This document shows, piece by piece, positions 30,001 to 40,155 of a DNA stretch of 63,794 nt. The position numbers and the translations under genes are program-made. The stretch's first letter is position 1; every line of letters begins with the position of its first letter. The notes beneath the pieces were generated by a model, which was not told the origin of the DNA, did no database searches, and worked only from the letters and a program-made list of their open reading frames with translations. Source of the stretch: a virus (lineage: Duplodnaviria > Caudoviricetes); IMG/VR virus record IMGVR_UViG_3300048061_000324, positions 1-63,794 of that record, one strand, 5' to 3'.

Positions 30001-33000
30001 TGTTTTACTACCTACTGCAAATTTATTATCTTTAATATCTATGCTGTGTCCAAACCCTGCGAATCTATTGTCTTGTGCTGGACTAATAACTTTTGCTTCT
30101 GCTAAATCACCTTGTCCATTTGGAATGTACACAACTAATTTTCCATATGCATCGTAGTCTGCATAACCAAATACACCTAATGACTTATCTTGATTAATAG
30201 CAATACTATTACCCATTTTACCATTAGTGTATGCATAGTTGTTTGGTATTAAACTTGTTTTTGCTTTATATTCGTTTAATTTTTGGAATACTTTCCAGCC
30301 ATTGTCTGAAACTTTATCAACAAAAACTTTGTCGTTAAGTTTCCAGCCATTAACAGGAGTGTATCCTAATAAGTCACTACTAGTTTTGTATCTAATACTT
30401 CTGAACTTAAGAATAGTTGCTTCACCTGAAACATCTAAAGCATCTGATTGTTCATTAGTTTCAAAACTTTTTAATCCAGTAGTTCTTAAAACTTTGTGTA
30501 CACCGTTTGCCGCACCAAATCCTTTAATAACAATTAAGTCATCTTTTAGTATATCGTGGTGTTCTTTAGTTGTCCAAAGTATTGTATTATTATCACTTGC
30601 TTGTGCAGTTAATACAACATCTTTTGTTATGTCTAAGTAGTAGAAATTCCAATCTAAGTTTTCATCATTAGCAACGTATAAATGATATCCGATACTCATA
30701 TTAGAAACACTGTTGTTTAAATTTTCATAAGAAGAAATATTAAACAGTGTAGCATCTGCATCTGTAATTTTAGCATAGCCTGTATAAGGTAGTACATCAC
30801 CTTGTAATCCTATTGTTGTATTTGTAGGAATCCAATTAGGTGTAATTTCCGGTGGTGCTTTATAAAAATCTTCTGTTAAGACATTTTTAACACCTTCTAA
30901 TTTATTTTCAATACTATCAATTGAGTGTAATACTGTTGGGTTACCATTAATGTCATCGTTCTTAAGTTCTAACTCTACACGTTTGTTAATATCTAGTCCG
31001 CCATATTCGCCAACACGAACTGCCCATTCTTCATACATATCAATATTTGAAGTAGTGTTATCGAGTTTGGCACGAAGTAACTTATCAATTGCGTTGCTTG
31101 TGCCTTTCTCTTTAATCATACCTTGATAGAATTTAACTTGTGAAGTATCATCTAATCCAAGGTTTTCTAAATAATTTCTGCTTTGATATCCAATAACACT
31201 CTTACCAAATTTGTCTGCACTACTTTCTAAGTTCACAGTATCGACATCGTAATAACTTTCAAAATCGCCACCTAGTGTGTCCCAGTTAGGAAGTAATCCT
31301 AATTTGAAACTATCAGTTGGTGTCCACTTATCAAAGTCAAATGTTAACCCACTAGTATGCGTTTCACTTGCAGTATACAACTTGTCGTTGTTTTTAATAA
31401 TTTCGCCTTTTGCGTAATCTGTATTTTGTATCCATAGGTCAACTTTACCTTGGTTAAGAACAAATCCTTGAGCTGTTAAACTGCCATCCCAGTCACTTGT
31501 TCTCCAACCAACAAGTTTTAATCTGTTTTGTCTATTACCTAATTCTGGTTGGTATATAATATCGTTAAAGATTGTACTATTATTAAGAACAAGTGTGTGT
31601 TCGTATTGAACTGTTTTAATGTTAGCAAAATACAGTCCGCCTACAGTTGCTTCAGGTGTAACTTCGAACTCACCATCTTCTCTTGTAGTTTTAAATTTGT
31701 CTACAGTTAAGTTTTCAAAACTTTGATTCATTATAGATTTACCATTGTAATGATTAACTAAACTATCAACCATACTATCTGCTCTTCTAAATGTAAGTCT
31801 GTTTGCACTTGGACTTAATGTGATAACTGCATCAGTTCCCCACTTTTGTTGAACCCAATATCCAAATTCTTTACCTGCCATTGTCCAGTTAGCAACTTCA
31901 ATACCACCAGCCATTTGTTCGCTGTTGTTTGCAAAATCATATCCTAATGATGTTAGATATCTACCGTAACTAACTAAAAAGTCAAATACTTGTTGCGGTG
32001 TACTTAATTCTGTTCCGTATGGTACAGTTAATACTGAATCTTCTTTATCTTTGTATTCAATAAACCTTTGATCTAAAACTTGGTGTACATTAATGTTTCT
32101 AGATTGTCTACTTGGGATAACATTAAACACAGGATTCTGTGTGTCATATCCGTATATTGCATAACCACTATCAGTTTGCTGTACAATTACACCACTGTAA
32201 GGTGCACTTACAATAGGACTTGTTTTAGTAACAACTAGCTCATAATCCTCATCAGGGATCATAACGTTTTCACTAATTGCATTTGGACTTACTTGTTCAG
32301 CAAGTACTTTTAAGAATTTTTTATCTGTGTATCCACTTAATTTTACTGCAAGATTAATATCTACTCTATCAATAATATCTTTTAGTACACTAGGTGCTAC
32401 ACCTAAAAAGTTTAAATGATTAGCAACATAGAAACTGTATCCATTAATTACATTCTGATCAACTAACGGAGTTTCGAAATCACTTCTTTGTAACTGTTTG
32501 TTTGTAGTAACACTTACAATATTATTTGTAATTGGTGTTCTAATAACCTTGTCTGTATCAAAAAGTAAACTAAAATATTTTGCAGGTTTCATTACTGCGT
32601 TAGCAATTTGTTTCATAAACGGAAACTCACTAGACTTTTCCCAAGCCGCTTGAGCAGGACCGCCGTCTCCAACTGCCCACTTGTCGTTTAATTCAAATAC
32701 AGTACTTCCTGTTGCTAATGATTTCCATGGACTAACTAGTGTTCCATTTTCATTAACAGGAATCATATCTAGTAAATCTGCTCTTTTATAAAGATTATTT
32801 ACAGTATATGTTTGTGTTGTTGCGTCGTAAATTTTTCCATCACGTAGGTCTTCCCACATAACTCGGTTACCACTTGTATAAGGTGCAGGACCGTATTGCG
32901 TTTCCCACCAAGTTGGTTTAACATCTATACCTAACATTTCCCACGGATGTGTATGTGGTCTATCTGTATCGTAATAATGTTTGTAAATTTGTCTCCAGCC

Positions 33001-36000
33001 GCCTGGTAATAATTCGCCAGATATTTTATCTGCCATCTTATTATAGTTCCAAGTAAATTCATTACCACGCTCGTAACCATCGTGCGTACTCCAATCAATT
33101 CTATTTTTAATTGACCATTGTAAAAAATGTCTACTTAAAATTGACTGATATTCAGATCTACTATATCCAGTATCTCTCCAACGTCCAGGTTGTGTTTCGT
33201 GTATATTGAAAACATCTGGTTTGTATGTTGCTTTAATATTATTATAAATTCTTTTTTCTAATTCTAAGATAACATCATCTAAAACATCACCGTATGCTTT
33301 TGTTAAACTACCATCGTGTCCTTGAATAAAGTCGACGTTAGTTACATATGTATCGTCAGTATATTTAATTGGTTCGTATTTAGGATACATACCCATCTTA
33401 CTAGGTGTAGGCGGGATATAATTTCCTATAGTATTATTGTAATCTACAATTTTAATAACAGTAGCCAATGCAGGTTCGTTAACCATTTCAATAGCAGGTC
33501 TTGTTGCATTGAAAGTGTAATCTTTGCCTAGTACCGCTTGTACTCCATTAATGTAAACTAATACCGAACGATTTGTATTTGTTTTTGGATTAAAGGTAGA
33601 TCCCATTTGATAACTTTTGATTCTGTTATCTGTTACTGTGTATGTGTAATTCTTTTTATTTGTACCGTGTCCAACCATGTCGCTGTAGTAAAATGGAAAA
33701 GATGCACTTTTTGTACTATTAATACTTGCTAAAATTTTATCAACTGCTGTTGGTATATCTTCAAAGTCTAAGTCCAACGTTTCTGCCGCGGCAATAAACT
33801 TCTGTTTAAATTTTGTATATTCGTCTGAAGCATATTTTAATGCAGTTGTGACATTTAAATGATCTTCTTGTAAAAATATTCCAGGAAATACTAACCCACT
33901 TGAGTGATGTAAAATTTTACCTGCGTACTTTCCTGCATTGCCAATATCTCGTAAATTACCTGCTCCAGGATACACACCTGAAAATCCGTCAACAGTTTTA
34001 ATAATTTCGCTAACGTGCGAACGCATTTGTCCTAACGTAATGTCGCTAAAGTTTTTATTAAAAGCGTTGTTACTTAAATTGTTTGGAACCTCATAATATC
34101 CAAATGATGTTTGGTTATCAGATAATACTTTAATTGTTATTTGTGTTGAAACTGTTGGTGCAGTTGTAAATTCGATAATATGTCTTCCACTATCTAGTTT
34201 ATATTCCCAACCTGTTTTAATTTCTGTGCTATCTGTAAAAACAATAATTTCAGGTAGTTCTCCAACTGTTGGTGCAACACCTATTTCAAATTGTTTAGCA
34301 GTACCATTAGCAACGTATGTTACTACTTGATACTGTACACTTGGTGTATCAATCTTTTTCCAGCCATCAATGTAAGATACAGTTTTGTTACTATCTGTAA
34401 CTTTAATAAACCCTGTGCTTACGTTTAATGTTGAACTTCCTGTTGTTGCTGTATATGTAAATGTGTCTAAACTATATTTGTTGTCGAATACAATATCACC
34501 TATATTACTAAAGTTTTTATACTTTAAGTTAATACCTAATTCAGGATCTAATGTTGTTCCTGATCCTTTACCATATGCAAACAAAGATGTTCCTGCAAAA
34601 TTTGATGATTGGTAAGTAGTTTTATTAGTATAACTTTTACCATTGTTATCAAAGATGTCAAAAAGAGGTTCTTGGTTAACAAGTGTTTTTTGTTGACCTA
34701 CTACCCAGTTTGTTCCGTTGAACCAATATGTTTTACCTTTTAATTTTTCACCATCTTTAGCAACAACTTGGTCGCCATTAACTAATGATGTTGTACTTGG
34801 AATTAGTTTTACTTCTGATGTTCCATCATTTTGAAAGTCCACCATACTAACTGTAAATATTTTATTTTTAACTTCTAAATCTGTATCAGCAGTAAAAATA
34901 ACTTTCATTCCATTAGTTACTGCTTTACTATCAATAAAAAATGACGGGCCGTTGTTAATATTACTTAATGCATCAGTTGTAGTTGTATCAATTAAATCAA
35001 CAGAACCTGAACTCATGTTACCTGAGTTTAATAATGCAAGGTCTTTTTTAAATTCTATGATAGGACGTTTTGCTCTATTGTCTTGGTCAATAACTGCACT
35101 TTCGTTGTTATATCCTGCAATAGTAGTAATAACATCTTTATGGTACCAGTTATTATTTCTGGCCCATGCGTTACTATCAGCACTACCTACAGAACTAACT
35201 ATATAATCTTTTGTTTCGCTTGTTTCTAATTCGTATGCAACATGGTTGTCTTTTGGTACTAATCTAATTGATTCCCCAACACCGTCTACAATATATGTTT
35301 TGCTTCTGTAAGATATTGGACTTACCGTTGTATCAGTTTGTATATGCATACCATTAGAAAATACAACACCGTTAGGTGTAGTGTAATTCTTTTTACCAAT
35401 AATATCAGTAGTAACATCAATAATTTTTGTAGTAGAATCTAATAATTTAATTTCACCATATTTGCTACTGTCTGTAGGATCAACATAATAAAATGTACTC
35501 ATAGGTGCTGTAACGGCTGGTACTTCTAATAAAGTTGTACTATCAGATGATCTATAATATTCAAATGTACTAAAGTTTTCACCTTCTTGTATTTGTACTT
35601 TTTTATTAACTCCAATAAGTGTAACACCTTGCAAACTAATTGTTCCGCCACTTACTAAAATTCTAAATACTTGAAACTTCTCATCATTAGAAAATGTATT
35701 GGGCCATGCATTAGAAGTATTAACATCGGCATTGAAAATAACAGTTTTGTTTTCTAAATATAGTTGTCCGTCAATACCACCTGCATCCATTACAGTCTGT
35801 AAAGTTGCTCCGTTTAAACTTTCGTAAGTATATTCACTACATCTTAAATCAACATCAGAAACATTTACAACAGTTTTTGTAAAAAAGTTTTGGTCTGTTG
35901 ATTGAGGTACATTAAATGTAATTGTACCAGTTGATGTTCCGTTATTAATAACTCCATAAACATCTCTTGTAGTTCTATTGAAACTAACTGCACTTTTACC

Positions 36001-36615
36001 TGTAGTCCCTAATTCTGTTTGTATCCAAAAAGGATTAGTTTGGTCTACTGCAAAAGTATAACTACCACCACGTACTAGATAGATAGTTGGATTTTTTGTA
36101 GTTCCGTATGTTGGTGTAACTGAATACTTTTTTGCAGTACTAGTTACTGTAAAATCTTGTGTTGTTGGAACTTCAGCCGCTGTAACGTTAGCAGTACCTG
36201 GTCCACTTGGTAACCAATAGTATTCGCCAAAGTTAATTAATTTATCATAATTAACAAAGCCGTCCCAATTATAATACTCTTGGTCAAACAGTCTACTATG
36301 TTTGTTTGTTTTTCCGCCTGCTTCTTTAATAGAATTAAGCAAGTCATCATATGTAATTAATGTTTGTACTTCTTTTTTAATATCTTTATATACAACACTT
36401 GGCTCTAATTGATAAGATGTTCTATATTGTCCAACTGTTGTTAAGTATGGATCTTTGATAGAATAACTTGGCCCAAAGCGTCTCCCAACATAACCATCTA
36501 CTCTTTCTAAACTTTTAGAATTAAGTAACTGGTCAAGTGTTGAATGTAAGAACTTTTTGTTCTTATCTGTTTGTAACCACTTGGGTAGGAAGGATGCGGA
36601 TTTACGTTTTGCCAT
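24082..36615 (-). CDS. Giant (4177 aa) baseplate wedge/structural protein with FG-GAP-like beta-propeller repeats
   Basis: Follows gp6; repeated FG.SIAI...VGAP units around aa 2150-2650; GGTGY...GGGGSGA motif; repeated GDG/GDN..T.F modules. Confidence 0.8.
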   Translation of the reverse strand: MAKRKSASFLPKWLQTDKNKKFLHSTLDQLLNSKSLERVDGYVGRRFGPSYSIKDPYLTTVGQYRTSYQLEPSVVYKDIKKEVQTLITYDDLLNSIKEAGGKTNKHSRLFDQEYYNWDGFVNYDKLINFGEYYWLPSGPGTANVTAAEVPTTQDFTVTSTAKKYSVTPTYGTTKNPTIYLVRGGSYTFAVDQTNPFWIQTELGTTGKSAVSFNRTTRDVYGVINNGTSTGTITFNVPQSTDQNFFTKTVVNVSDVDLRCSEYTYESLNGATLQTVMDAGGIDGQLYLENKTVIFNADVNTSNAWPNTFSNDEKFQVFRILVSGGTISLQGVTLIGVNKKVQIQEGENFSTFEYYRSSDSTTLLEVPAVTAPMSTFYYVDPTDSSKYGEIKLLDSTTKIIDVTTDIIGKKNYTTPNGVVFSNGMHIQTDTTVSPISYRSKTYIVDGVGESIRLVPKDNHVAYELETSETKDYIVSSVGSADSNAWARNNNWYHKDVITTIAGYNNESAVIDQDNRAKRPIIEFKKDLALLNSGNMSSGSVDLIDTTTTDALSNINNGPSFFIDSKAVTNGMKVIFTADTDLEVKNKIFTVSMVDFQNDGTSEVKLIPSTTSLVNGDQVVAKDGEKLKGKTYWFNGTNWVVGQQKTLVNQEPLFDIFDNNGKSYTNKTTYQSSNFAGTSLFAYGKGSGTTLDPELGINLKYKNFSNIGDIVFDNKYSLDTFTYTATTGSSTLNVSTGFIKVTDSNKTVSYIDGWKKIDTPSVQYQVVTYVANGTAKQFEIGVAPTVGELPEIIVFTDSTEIKTGWEYKLDSGRHIIEFTTAPTVSTQITIKVLSDNQTSFGYYEVPNNLSNNAFNKNFSDITLGQMRSHVSEIIKTVDGFSGVYPGAGNLRDIGNAGKYAGKILHHSSGLVFPGIFLQEDHLNVTTALKYASDEYTKFKQKFIAAAETLDLDFEDIPTAVDKILASINSTKSASFPFYYSDMVGHGTNKKNYTYTVTDNRIKSYQMGSTFNPKTNTNRSVLVYINGVQAVLGKDYTFNATRPAIEMVNEPALATVIKIVDYNNTIGNYIPPTPSKMGMYPKYEPIKYTDDTYVTNVDFIQGHDGSLTKAYGDVLDDVILELEKRIYNNIKATYKPDVFNIHETQPGRWRDTGYSRSEYQSILSRHFLQWSIKNRIDWSTHDGYERGNEFTWNYNKMADKISGELLPGGWRQIYKHYYDTDRPHTHPWEMLGIDVKPTWWETQYGPAPYTSGNRVMWEDLRDGKIYDATTQTYTVNNLYKRADLLDMIPVNENGTLVSPWKSLATGSTVFELNDKWAVGDGGPAQAAWEKSSEFPFMKQIANAVMKPAKYFSLLFDTDKVIRTPITNNIVSVTTNKQLQRSDFETPLVDQNVINGYSFYVANHLNFLGVAPSVLKDIIDRVDINLAVKLSGYTDKKFLKVLAEQVSPNAISENVMIPDEDYELVVTKTSPIVSAPYSGVIVQQTDSGYAIYGYDTQNPVFNVIPSRQSRNINVHQVLDQRFIEYKDKEDSVLTVPYGTELSTPQQVFDFLVSYGRYLTSLGYDFANNSEQMAGGIEVANWTMAGKEFGYWVQQKWGTDAVITLSPSANRLTFRRADSMVDSLVNHYNGKSIMNQSFENLTVDKFKTTREDGEFEVTPEATVGGLYFANIKTVQYEHTLVLNNSTIFNDIIYQPELGNRQNRLKLVGWRTSDWDGSLTAQGFVLNQGKVDLWIQNTDYAKGEIIKNNDKLYTASETHTSGLTFDFDKWTPTDSFKLGLLPNWDTLGGDFESYYDVDTVNLESSADKFGKSVIGYQSRNYLENLGLDDTSQVKFYQGMIKEKGTSNAIDKLLRAKLDNTTSNIDMYEEWAVRVGEYGGLDINKRVELELKNDDINGNPTVLHSIDSIENKLEGVKNVLTEDFYKAPPEITPNWIPTNTTIGLQGDVLPYTGYAKITDADATLFNISSYENLNNSVSNMSIGYHLYVANDENLDWNFYYLDITKDVVLTAQASDNNTILWTTKEHHDILKDDLIVIKGFGAANGVHKVLRTTGLKSFETNEQSDALDVSGEATILKFRSIRYKTSSDLLGYTPVNGWKLNDKVFVDKVSDNGWKVFQKLNEYKAKTSLIPNNYAYTNGKMGNSIAINQDKSLGVFGYADYDAYGKLVVYIPNGQGDLAEAKVISPAQDNRFAGFGHSIDIKDNKFAVGSKTSVGCPEGNLHIYYQEGNQYNVSFAWAPPSITGTSKLNVKFSKDGSTLVAGAPGVDKVYVFKRATDTDTFTTTDSFTGDNTTTAFTTTANAEASIVTVDGVVQIQHEDVTVSGTTITFTTAPATSAEIRVKSGPGWELKATINGTASTEFGFAIDTDKTGDNIIIGAPAENTTYSNEGAVYVYSKYNSTGYSKTQKITTTLNNVDGRYGESVACNNTFTKLFAGAPGCNRFERASGLVTKIGLVSGPTKSHTGPEYTTTTSGSIVINGTTVSVNTKNVEDIATQINNASITNISASASNNKLTITSADKDNELIIVDISGNLFANVIGDQFGNVQNIVQNAKTDGQEFGKSIAIDTTGKVLVVGAPTSTYNAQMSFDTQGTDFDSSSTHFADATKRGGNVYAYQELDTSYIQTQKFTNTNIDADDLFGSALQVLDSNDIYIGMPNDDKSGSIIDSGQVAHYCSAKDIFVTHEQEQQLVDITKINRVFSYDKIKNEVINYYDWVDPIKGKIPGIADENIDYKTLWDPATYAIEGAHTWGPDQVGKIWWDLSTVKYVYAEQGDWAYRSSFWGSVFPGSSINVYQWVESDKVPSAYEGSGTVYSTSLYTTVSKIQGTVVKNRYFFWVKNVLDLAKNKTKSIKDVTDILIDPTTAELKYVAFTGSSDVSLYNFASELKNTGTVLVIDYDKTKNDKIIHNEWALIKENVADATLPTNFKRKLIDSLVGADSYGNSVPDPTLSASEQYGIQFRPRQSLFINRMSALKEFLTTVNTVMAKNTITLTKDITDLLAKDPEPKQASGDWDQRVSNNTELSYVRIKEKPVGYKVLVGTDTTVQNRWSIYSKRADNTWVLGKLQGYDVSNYWSYTDWYETNFSADTYIDYSIALKKDLVDVTPTVGQTVKVENGGNWELLYWNGTEYTTVGIKNATIQISEGIWNYTSTRYGFATEVFDFQLFDQEPQIETRKIVETILNKILIDDMALSANNTIFTMLYYVLDEQPFIDWLFKTSFIGVNHKIRALDDLPYYRKDNQTYVSEFIAEAKPYRTKIREYISNYNKTDPWTGDLTDFDINSYFDSNLGYYRKPDGSDSEDSVRLSTGFNKPWNDNYKHSIGSVAVTNGGTGYNFVPAVTITGGGGSGAKATATVESGVVTGIEITNKGTGYVSTPNVSIATSTGTTALGYAQLENLKARSIDTTMKFDRIKYTSEIIEWQANTSYTTGNKITYQGEVYTADENFTSGTTFTSDSLTVIADETFANAMDRTIAYYQPTDIQPAKELENLFYGIDYPGNKILGPGFDKQPGMDRAGFDDSPFDNFEIGAEGVPMISGVADTHISSRFGDSLLGTRPEDINIVGGKFVDQYNSHAPEEFVPGRVFDSLDMEIYQTPTSEYGGTDGLSPRIDVIKHTGDGNKTRFSFRTSDGHHNMNLLIYTTQTGKVQPDEYTLDFTTFEVVFNVAPVVGDIIDIVSLGNSGENMILDYVLTGDGVDAKYNLPISSSIAQQALVLVNGVKKDNQINNINSRAELEFTGGYKPTVGDHIHIFVFNLDPSVRIAYSHIGQEIFTMDGSTRTFTLANEPLYEGPVDAKIYVELAEERLRPAVYTYATGDGTLTNFALTDVADIDHATITASDVSVFIDGVSNSGWTLVDNSGTKEVQFSSAPSSGSKIAIGDNTNAEYTVSSTNITLASGLTITSGFKLNVTTFSSHNVLDMTTQTFKGASASAVILANGFDSAPFDGSTSFDVATTQIINTPTYTLYRTPSNANYLWVSKNGVRLSVEQDYEIEDGKLKLTTNIGNTDIIVISQFSENIIKQRVSWKVWQDILGQVRYYRLCEDNTTALATDLLRTDKEISVVDASKLATPNLNANIPGVIWIAGERIVYWEIDGNKLKNIHRGTMGTARAFRHYETDQVIDVSERQEIVDGHSKVWYTYGDTNTIQDQTSNQAKFLTECQGTVPLVGVTFDQSGRYIASGYVDDNYVQINE

Positions 36616-39600
36616 TAATAGCCAGAGCCTCCAGAACTAGTTGTATTAGTTGTACTTTGTGAAATGCTCGATGTTGTTGCTGTTCCAGTGTTAACTGTTC
36701 CAGTTGCTTTAATACCTGCGGCTGTAATTGCATCAATGATTGTAACATCATTAACTGTTGCCGCATTGGCAAATATTTCATCATGCTCACAACTTATTTG
36801 ATATAAACTACCAAACCCTTGTGAACTGTCATTAGGAACTAGTACTACACTGTTTAAGTACGGTGTAAGAGCTGAATGCAAGTATGCACTTAACTCTGAG
36901 AAATAAAATGTTTCTCCGAAGTCCCAATTTGAAACTTCAAAATATTCGTTTAATGCCGCTACTAGTTTTGACTTGATTTCACTATCACTAATACTAAAGC
37001 CTGGATTCTTAACTACTTTAAATGTTGCTTGTAGGTTTGATGTTGCTTTTGTACCAAATAATGGTTTAAATTTTGCACTGTGTAGAACAAGTGCGTCACT
37101 TAATGTTTTATAGCCTTCTAGTGTACCAAACTGCGAACGTAAACTATTAACTGTTGGTTTAGTTGGCTCTGTTACAGTACTTGTTGTATCTGTAATGTAT
37201 TGTGTATACGAGTCGCTATAATTTTTAGTTAATACAAATATATCAATAATATTACCTGGGCTCGGATCAATACGTCTGTCATTTGGTGCATTATGTGTAT
37301 AATGAAATTTAAGTCCGGCTCTGCCTGTATATACTTTGTAGTCTAAACTTTCAACTAGTGATTTAACATTATTGTTTTCTGTTACTACATAAAATTTATT
37401 ATCCGTTACTGCATACAATACTGAATTAGTAATTAAACTATTAATAACACTTTCAATATTTCCTTTTGTTGAGTAATCATGATTGATAACTGAATCTGCA
37501 ACTGTAACATATTTGTTAAAATTATCATAATCTGTTTGACGTTTTAAGAATACAAACTTTCGTAAATTGTTTGCTAGTGTAGTTGCTTCATCACCTACTA
37601 CTTCGTCAAATGCATTTGGATTATCAATAACACCGTCGTCATCGTTATCAGCAAACGTAACTAGGATTTTTGTATTGTCTTTGTATCCGTCTGTATCTGT
37701 TACAACGTCATAAACATTGAACGGAATATTTCTTACTAACGAAGTGTTTGCATCTGGTTTTGTATTAATACCTAAAACTTCAATATTATCTTTTTTACTT
37801 AATCCAGTTACTGGATCAAAAATCTTACTGGCTTTATCAAAGTAAAAACGTGTTTCTTCTACACTACTAAAGAAATATTCTAAACCTCTATATGCAACAT
37901 TGTAAATTGCTCCATCAGTTGTAAATTTAATCAACCAACTTGCATCTTTGTTTGTGTTTGTTTTATCTTTTGCAAAGGCATTGTCAAATGTATTTGATAC
38001 ACTAATATCTCTATTAGAAATAGTGTACCAAGTTCCTGCTAGGTGATCAAAGCCTAATGCAAAATTTTTATATTGTTTAATATTTGTAAACAGTTCACTT
38101 TCAATCACTGAAGGTAAATCAGAAACAAATGTTGGTAGTACTTTTGAAACTACTGCACCTGTTGGTACATTTTCGTTCAAACTCACTGCTCCTACAAATG
38201 CAGTAACTTTACCGTCGTTAACACCAATACCATTGTTGTTGATGCTAATAACACCTGCATATGCTTTATCTGTACTTCCTTTATGATTTGCACTACCTGA
38301 CATTAGTGTACCATTATCCATAAAGTGTTGATCTGCAGGTGCAGTAAATGTTACAAGTCCAGCATTTTTTAGATATTGTAAGTTATTACTACTTACACTG
38401 CCTACTTGTGCTACATTGTTTTCACTGTCGTTAAAGTAACCTGTACTTTTATTTGTTCCTACACTAACTCTTTGCCAAGTTGTATTAAGTGTACTAACGT
38501 CTACTTTACTAAAGTTTTTAAAATAAAAATGTTCCATTTCTTTACTTCTAAGAACTGGTTCAACTGTATTCCTAATTGCATCATAGATGTCATTATCATT
38601 AATCCAATTGAATGTTTTATTTTTTAAGAATTCGTTTTTATAAATTGCACCGTCATTAGAAAAAATGTTTGTACTAGAATATTTTCCAGTTACATCTTTA
38701 ATATCTAAAAATCTACTAATACCACTGCTTGTTCTATTCACACTTTTACTTTTAATAATATTGTTAAAGTTTGTTAATGGAAAAATATTATAATCTTCGC
38801 CATTAACCATTCTATTTTGTGTATAGTATTGTTGTGGTGCTTTTAGTTTAATATCTTCAATTGTATCTCTTGCTGTTGCATTGTCGATAGTATATTGTAA
38901 ACTTAAACCAACTGTTAAAGTTTCAACATTGCCCGTTCTACTTACATAAGGAATATCAATTTTAATTCCTCTAATATCATTAGGCTTAACTCTATATGTT
39001 CTTCCATTACTTACTCTGTGATAACTTCTAAAGTTACCAACCGGAATATCTGCAAATACGCCATCACCAAATAATAAATCAATTTGATCATTTGCTCTGC
39101 CGTTAATTGCATATAGTGAACGAACACTTTCACTTAAACTATTGTATATAACATTAGCACCTGTTACTGCTGGAACTTTTGTCCATTCTGTACTAACGTT
39201 TCCGTTATTGTCTAAATTAAATAACCAAACATCATCATTATTAATTCCGTTTTTATCAACTTCAACAATACGATTACTTAATGCGTTTTGTAAATTAAAT
39301 TCTACAGTTTCTAATGCACCTTGTTTAAAGTATACAAAGAAACCTGTGTTACTTGAACTTGCACCTTTACCATCTTGTCTATAAAACATATTAAATGTGT
39401 TACCTGGTTTAGGACTTTGTTCGTAAATAAATTCTTTATTTTGGAATGTTCCATTAACAACTTCAAACTTCATACTTTCTCCTGCCACATCAGCAGTGAA
39501 TGGCAATACTGGAATAGTATTCGGTAAAGTGTTAATTTCGTATAATTCTGTTTTGATATCGCTTAATGTTTTAGTTAATGCAGGATTTCCAAAACTTTGA

Positions 39601-40100
39601 GCACTTGACATTGCCGCATTCATTATTACTGCAAAATGTTCTAAGTAATCTGGGTTTGTACTATCATTGTATACAATGAAACTATCTGATAAGTTGCGTC
39701 CTGAACTATCATAAACATCTTCAGTTGTTTGTATGTTAGCAATTTTTAACATACCTCTTGCTGGCTGATTTCTTTTAGGTTGATAACTTAAAAGTTTTGC
39801 CAAACGTAATACACTGTCTCTTCTTTGTGCTGTCTCTAAAAAGTTTTCTCTAGAATTTAGATCTTGTCTAAATGCTAAACTTTGCCCAAAGTATGCAATC
39901 AAGTCCATTAGAGCTACAAACTCTGAACTTTCAATGTAATCGTTAAAATCTTCTGGGTAATTGTTGCGTAGGTACTGAACCATTGTCGAACGCAAAGTTT
40001 CATAGTCATAAGACTGGAAGTCTGCATCACGGAATGTCTGATAGATTTTAGTCCAATCTTCAGATACAAATAGACTATTTTGTCGCTTACTGGTGCTCAT
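36615..40100 (-). CDS. gp6: Baseplate wedge protein gp6-like
   Basis: DFQSYDYETLR, DYIESSEF, ENFLETAQRRDSVLRLAKLLSYQPKR, QNRMVNGEDY; next to gp25. Confidence 0.85.
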   Translation of the reverse strand: MSTSKRQNSLFVSEDWTKIYQTFRDADFQSYDYETLRSTMVQYLRNNYPEDFNDYIESSEFVALMDLIAYFGQSLAFRQDLNSRENFLETAQRRDSVLRLAKLLSYQPKRNQPARGMLKIANIQTTEDVYDSSGRNLSDSFIVYNDSTNPDYLEHFAVIMNAAMSSAQSFGNPALTKTLSDIKTELYEINTLPNTIPVLPFTADVAGESMKFEVVNGTFQNKEFIYEQSPKPGNTFNMFYRQDGKGASSSNTGFFVYFKQGALETVEFNLQNALSNRIVEVDKNGINNDDVWLFNLDNNGNVSTEWTKVPAVTGANVIYNSLSESVRSLYAINGRANDQIDLLFGDGVFADIPVGNFRSYHRVSNGRTYRVKPNDIRGIKIDIPYVSRTGNVETLTVGLSLQYTIDNATARDTIEDIKLKAPQQYYTQNRMVNGEDYNIFPLTNFNNIIKSKSVNRTSSGISRFLDIKDVTGKYSSTNIFSNDGAIYKNEFLKNKTFNWINDNDIYDAIRNTVEPVLRSKEMEHFYFKNFSKVDVSTLNTTWQRVSVGTNKSTGYFNDSENNVAQVGSVSSNNLQYLKNAGLVTFTAPADQHFMDNGTLMSGSANHKGSTDKAYAGVISINNNGIGVNDGKVTAFVGAVSLNENVPTGAVVSKVLPTFVSDLPSVIESELFTNIKQYKNFALGFDHLAGTWYTISNRDISVSNTFDNAFAKDKTNTNKDASWLIKFTTDGAIYNVAYRGLEYFFSSVEETRFYFDKASKIFDPVTGLSKKDNIEVLGINTKPDANTSLVRNIPFNVYDVVTDTDGYKDNTKILVTFADNDDDGVIDNPNAFDEVVGDEATTLANNLRKFVFLKRQTDYDNFNKYVTVADSVINHDYSTKGNIESVINSLITNSVLYAVTDNKFYVVTENNNVKSLVESLDYKVYTGRAGLKFHYTHNAPNDRRIDPSPGNIIDIFVLTKNYSDSYTQYITDTTSTVTEPTKPTVNSLRSQFGTLEGYKTLSDALVLHSAKFKPLFGTKATSNLQATFKVVKNPGFSISDSEIKSKLVAALNEYFEVSNWDFGETFYFSELSAYLHSALTPYLNSVVLVPNDSSQGFGSLYQISCEHDEIFANAATVNDVTIIDAITAAGIKATGTVNTGTATTSSISQSTTNTTSSGGSGY

Positions 40101-40127
40101 TTTTTAATATCCACGCTTTATTAATAG

Positions 40128-40135
40128 TATTTATT
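40128..40135 (-). promoter_or_regulatory. Late promoter core (AATAAATA)
   Basis: TAAATA core upstream of gp6. Confidence 0.55.
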
Positions 40136-40155
40136 CGTATTATAAACTGGGTATA

